Below are positions 58,442 through 64,000 of a stretch of 64,000 bases of DNA, piece by piece. This stretch comes from Hormiphora californensis (lineage: Eukaryota > Animalia > Ctenophora). The DNA lies in contig CM035358.1 in NCBI GenBank assembly GCA_020137815.1, forward strand, positions 2,046,001 through 2,110,000. The letters are read 5' to 3'. The notes beneath the pieces are model-generated. The model was not told the DNA's origin, ran no database searches, and was given only the letters and a program-made list of their open reading frames with translations. Position 1 is the first letter of the stretch. The number at the start of each line of letters is the position of its first letter. The translations under genes and the position numbers were made by a program.

Positions 58442-59644
58442 TTAATCCTTGTAAATAATTTTAAAATCTGTCTCCTCCAAATCTCCTCCCATCCATTTTC
58501 CAGCCACCACACTCTCCGCAACAATCCGGCCAATCTCAAGTCCCATTTTGGCTGAGACACCATTCCCCCCAAACGCCGCAAAATACCCCGGCTTCACAAA
58601 CCCAATGTATTGCCTTCCTGTCACAGTCATAGCCATCACACAGTGATCCAATTCGGTGGATACTGCATTAATTGAGGGGAAGAGGAGGTTGAATTTCTTG
58701 GTAAAATACTCTCTGGCCACAGGATGATCTTTCTGGCAGTAGTAATCTAGAACCTCTTGGTGAGAGAGCAGTTCTCTTGACACTGGATTATCGAAACAAA
58801 CCGAGGGACCCAGTTTAATATAGTACTTCCCGTTTGGGTATCGTATAGGAGGAAGAATGTATATGTACGGGATCTCGGTGCAGAAGATGAGGGATGGGAG
58901 GGCTTTGCATCGTTCAAATGTTTCCTCATCAATCTCGAACTTCATGACAGTGTGTCCCATTAGTTTTATATCAGGGATACCGGGAAGTAAACCGAAGAAC
59001 CCAGTGAAAGATCCCGTTGTGACACACACTTTCCCAGATTTTATCATCTCACCATTCTCTAACTCAATAGAATATGTGCCATCCTCTTTTGTTATAGATT
59101 TCACAATATCCTCTTTTCGTACAACACCATTTTGTGTTGCCACTTTTTGTGTTGCCTTTACTAAGTTTCTGATGCTGATGTGCCCCCCTTTTACTGGAAC
59201 GAACAGTGCCTTTTCAACACCTTGAGGATCAAACCCCTCCCATCGGCCCGCGACATCATCTAACAACTCATAGGGCAGACTTTGGGAATCACAAAACGAA
59301 ATACTTGCCTCCAGAGCACCATTAAAGAAATCATTCTCAGCTCCGACCAGCGCATAACCGACCTCTGTAAACACTTTTATCCCCGACTCAGCCTCCAGTT
59401 TGGGATAGCCTAAGGTACTCTGCAAAGCAAGGATTAGCTCAGTTTTCTTTGACGACACTGTCCGTGTTATCCTACCTTCATCATAGTGACATCCAAAAAC
59501 TGATCTGGACGAGGAATCTTTTACAATCGGTTCCCCCGGGCCCAGCAAACAAATCCTCAAGCCTGCCTTTTGGGATAAGTGGTACGCAGTACATGAACCG
59601 AATGTCCCTGCTCCAATCACACATACGTCATAGTTTTCGACCAT
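58442..59644 (-). CDS. Intronless FAD-dependent oxidoreductase (sarcosine oxidase/DAO family)
   Basis: YDVCVIGAGTFG dinucleotide-binding motif, HYDEGRITR, YILPPIRYPNGKYYIKLG, GGNGVSAK; likely start MVENY at 59644. Confidence 0.9.
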   Translation of the reverse strand: MVENYDVCVIGAGTFGSCTAYHLSQKAGLRICLLGPGEPIVKDSSSRSVFGCHYDEGRITRTVSSKKTELILALQSTLGYPKLEAESGIKVFTEVGYALVGAENDFFNGALEASISFCDSQSLPYELLDDVAGRWEGFDPQGVEKALFVPVKGGHISIRNLVKATQKVATQNGVVRKEDIVKSITKEDGTYSIELENGEMIKSGKVCVTTGSFTGFFGLLPGIPDIKLMGHTVMKFEIDEETFERCKALPSLIFCTEIPYIYILPPIRYPNGKYYIKLGPSVCFDNPVSRELLSHQEVLDYYCQKDHPVAREYFTKKFNLLFPSINAVSTELDHCVMAMTVTGRQYIGFVKPGYFAAFGGNGVSAKMGLEIGRIVAESVVAGKWMGGDLEETDFKIIYKD

Positions 59645-60235
59645 TTTGTGACTCAACCGGCCCCTCAGAGAGCAGGGAACGTTTCGATGTTGCGCTGAAA
59701 AGTGAAAACTCTGATTTTTTTTCACTTTTTTTTTTCAACTCTCAAAACAGCTTTGCATTTAATTTGTTTGAATTTTGGTCAAAGCACTGCGCTGCAATTT
59801 AATGTAACGCGCCATAAAATTTTGATTTTGATGCGAAAGGTTGTTGCGGCGCGCGGGATATTTCAGTGAAACTCAGGATCCCACTCCTCCGCAAACAACC
59901 AAGAAAAAGAGGCGCCAACTTCACTCACACACAACGCATGCTAATGTGCAACCCTCTGTGCAGCTCCCCTCTCCTGTGTACGTGATTACATTGCGTTGTT
60001 CTGCCCCTTTGTTACTTTGAAACTTTCCAATACATTTGTCAAACCTCCAATTTACCATTTTTACCTTGTTATTTTAGTTAAAGCCTCCAATCGGCGCAAT
60101 GGGCAGTTTAATCCTCCTATTCACTACTTCACTAGTAATCGCAGGTTAGTTTCACTTTCACTATTGGTGTATTTTAGTTTCACTTTCACTATTGGTCTGC
60201 TTTAGTTTCACTTTGACTAACACACATACTCGCAG

Positions 60236-63200
60236 CGGTCAATGGAGAGCCAACACTCAGCTTCTCACCGGGAATGGATGTCAACTGGAAGACGAGTGTC
60301 AGCATAACTTGCACGTACAAGCCATATACAGATAGTTATCCCCCTGATTTCACCCACAACAACGTTGCCATTGCTAGCTCTGATTCTCCGTACAAGGCCG
60401 AAATTGAAGAAGGTAAGTAGATTGAACTTAAATTGTCTAACATCTAGATGCCCCAAATCTATCTGGATATATCCAACCCCTTGGACCCTCTCTCACCATT
60501 ATTACACCCCCTCCCCAGGTACCCGAATGACTCTGGAGCACAGTACTGGTGATGGAATGAGTGTGTGGACTATTAATGATCTGACAGTTGCCGATTCCGG
60601 TGATATCTTGTGTATGGTTCCTCGGCAGGGTGTAAGCTCAATGACTCCCGTCGCAACATCTCTCGTTGTTCTCGGTATGTGAATATATTTTCTTGGTTTT
60701 TCAGAGAAATCATCTTTCTCTATGTGGAATAGTTATCTTTCTCAGTGATCCTTTTTTATTGTCCCTGTTCTCTGCCTAACCCTCCCCAACTACATCCCCC
60801 TTCCCAACCCGCGCTCTTACCCCTCACAGAACCTCTCCTTCCCCCTCCTGACCCCCTCTTTTTTCCCCCGCAGAGCCCCCTAGCTACACCGTTGCCGATA
60901 TTACTGCCACCCCTGATTACACTTCTGCTGAAATCAACTTTACCGGCACTGATGATGCCTCAAAGTATAAGTGCGAGTACAAGACCGTCGAAGAGGCTAC
61001 ATGGACCACTGTAAGTAGAATGGAAACTCTCTTAGTGCCTTGTTTTTTAGAGCATCACAGACTTGTCCTCTCTTTTTTAATTGTCTCTACACCCTACTCT
61101 TTGTTTAATGTCACCTTTCATGTATCGAGGTATCCCGAAATTGTTCTGAATCTCAGCAGATCTTAGTGTTACAGAGGGTAGTTAGAGAATGTCACGTGAC
61201 TGCATATATCACGTGACCTCAATTTGATGTGTGTGGGTTGGTAATGGGCGTATGGCAGTTAGAAATCAGTGACACTCACCCAATACACCCAATTAGTATC
61301 CCCCAATTAATCAGTTAAATCAGTTAGCAAGTAGGTTGGTCGGCACTCTGCATGCATTAGTAGAGTGATAGAGAATCGCAAAATTAAAGTAGTGTCTCCA
61401 AGAGTGTTTCTGCTATGAGACTGTTTGGTTTTAAGTGCACTAAAGTTGAGGGGGAGAGAGGGACATAGAGAAAGAGAGAGCGAGGGAGAGAGACAATTTG
61501 TTGTCTGTAGTGCTTCATTTCCTGGTCTGCATATATTTTAAGTGTGGAGCAGCTCTTACCCATCGCCCTTCTCAAATTTAGTAATATTTATACCCACCCT
61601 AACTCAGATTCTAAATATTACTAAAGGAGCTATCATAACTTGCCTTGCTCCACCCTCTCTCATCGGAGGGTTAGAACTTAGAACATTTTTTTAGAAATTT
61701 GATAGAAAATAACAAAAAATAACTCTACCTCTATCTCACCAGGTTGATGAGGTTACCGAGCCTACCTGTTCTATCGCCGACCTCACCCCCGCTACTACCT
61801 ACTCTGTTCGGGTTATGGCTGGTAACCGTGCTGAATACCGTGATGACATCACCGTCGGAGAGGGCTCATTCACTACCAAAGATAACCGTAAGTTGTAGTA
61901 GGAACTCAATAATCTCTCTTATTCTTGCTCGTCAAAAAAATTGATAATTTAGTGCATGTTGGGTTTGCTTGTTTATTTATTTATATATTCATCCGTGCCT
62001 TTTCACTCCCATCATCACATGCATACAGAAACAGTTGATGAAAGTAAGTATATAAAATTGAAGTACCGTAAGTTTGTTTTCAAAAAAAAACAAGAGGTCA
62101 TCAATTATTTAAACCCTTGTACCACACAAACATACACAAGATCAATTTAATCAATTTCTCTTTAATTCAAATCTTCCCACACTTATATTCATTTCCATTG
62201 ATCCCTGTTTTTCTCTTTTTCTCTCTGTTGGCTGTGTTTGTCTGTATGTTGTCTTTGTGTGCTGAGATTTCCCACCAACAACACCTGTTAAATTATTGTC
62301 GTTACATGTGTCAATATATCTCATATAATTATCTATCTTGAAAAAGGTAAAGCATATAAAACATCACTCTTTGATTTTAAAACAAATCTTTCTCTTTTCC
62401 TTTTCGCCCCCTTTTTCGACACATTTAAATGTTATTGTGACAGTGCTCCCAAATTTTTGAAACGGCAGGCGCCCTATGTGCAGAGATACACCTTTGATTG
62501 GTCGCTCTCTTGACACACACATATCACCCGTTGTTTTGCATCTAACCTTTCCCTCTTGACCTCTATATCCTTCTCTTAACCGATATCCCGTGTTGTGTCC
62601 AATTGATTATATATAGGACCTTTTTTATCTTCAAAAAATAACAAGCATGAATGCTGCTAATGATTGAATTGATGTTTTGTTTACCGACGGACAACTAATC
62701 TCTCCTAATATTGATGATGGTATATATTGACAACTGACTACAACAACTTACTACACTGAACAAACTGACCTGACTGCTGACAACATTACCCTTCTTGAAA
62801 GATACAAATACAGTGTACCAGATTTCCCTTCCCCTTCCCACAGGAACACCCGAGATGCTCAGTGATGTCGTTGTCACACCGGAGGCCTACAACTCCACTA
62901 CCGTTGAGGTGTCCTGGAGTCTGGGTACTAATACCGATAAGGGTATTGCGGTTGAGAGTGTGGTTGTGGTGGTCAATGGGAATGAGGTGGAGGTGGTGGA
63001 TGGCGAGGATCTGAGCGTGTCAATTGATTTGGATGGTGCTGATGGTGATTATGAGATCCAGGTGTATGGAAAGAACGCTTTCTCCGAGGAGGGAAATGAG
63101 ATGAGGTCGGTTGTATCGCACAATGTTAAGAAGACCACAGAAGCACCAACTATCCCACCCAAAGTTCCCACTGAAAAACCGGTGGTCGAAGATAAAGTTG

Positions 63201-63660
63201 ATGATTCCGGTCCTGATAGTAGTTGTAAGTATATATCTCTATCTCTCTCCCCCAGCATCCCTCCCCAATCTTTGTATGTGTATGTGAACATCTCTCTCTG
63301 CTACTGCATATACTATCCGTAATGTAGCAGCGCTATATATAGCAACCTATACCCCCATAAAACCGTATCACATGTCCCGCTCACATCTCATACGATCTGT
63401 GAATCTTTCTTCGTGGTGTAGCAGTAACTTGCAGCAACCCCCCCATATCTTTTAGTTTCTCTTTCGTCTGAAATTTGAGGAGCACTGTCTTGCACGCTTT
63501 CTTCCCCCTTTAATAATTATACTTTCTCTTTTCTATCTTTATTTGTTCTAAACAACGCACCCGTTCTTCCTATATCTATCTTTTTGATTTCTTTGTTATA
63601 GCCCATCGTCGCCGCTGAGATTTATGCTCCCTTTCTCTCGCTGATCTGCTTACTGCTACA
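60236..63660 (+). CDS. Ig + 2x fibronectin type III cell-surface protein; first exon not located
   Basis: Exons 60236-60412 and 60519-60674 (Ig: SITCTY...LTVADSGDILC), 60874-61010 and 61743-61887 (FN3: LTPATTYSVRVMA), 62844-63224 (FN3 plus P/T stalk), possible hydrophobic tail exon from ~63602. Confidence 0.8.
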
Positions 63661-64000
63661 GACCACATTACATTGGACTTCACCCCATATTTGGACATCA
63701 CGTGACTCACTTCAACACTCATTTTGATGTCTCTAGATCAAGATTGTCTTGAATGTCTCCTAACACTACAAATATTTTCTGTTACCTCCAGGCTTATTCA
63801 TCTTTTCAAAAGTGTGACCCTTTGCTTGCGTCACCAAGGTAGCACAGTGATAAGAATTACCTTGTGAAGTAGCATGTGAGAGTTGTTAAAGTTCTAAGAA
63901 TTATTAAATGTGTAATACGATACATTTCTAATAATCTCCCTTATTTCTTATGATAAGAGGTGCGGAGAGATGAGTGTGGGTAATGCATTATTAATGTTAA

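Overview
Eukaryotic (animal) genomic DNA with spliceosomal GT-AG introns, compact genes, long (AG)n tracts and many MITEs. Gene architecture and repeat style suggest a ctenophore, probably Pleurobrachia-like; this is inference, not verified. Main content: (1) a multi-exon TRAPPC10 gene (796-14688, +, 5' end off-window) whose introns hold two same-strand nested intronless genes (a divergent homeobox and a carboxylesterase) and two tandem arrays built from copies of its own exon/donor junctions joined by GGTTACCAT-type (X-box-like) linkers; (2) two class-A-like GPCRs; (3) a full-length Mutator element with ~235-bp TIRs and a 9-bp TSD; (4) a 12-exon NADP-type (GdhA/Gdh1-like) glutamate dehydrogenase with an L2/CR1-group LINE and a tandem Helitron-like pair in its introns; (5) a secreted dead-protease/CUB/LDLa/SRCR mosaic gene; (6) an MFS transporter, ISCA1, an intronless FAD oxidoreductase and an Ig/FN3 surface protein. 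Scattered single-base frameshifts and noisy tracts indicate consensus errors in the assembly. Exon coordinates were read by eye.
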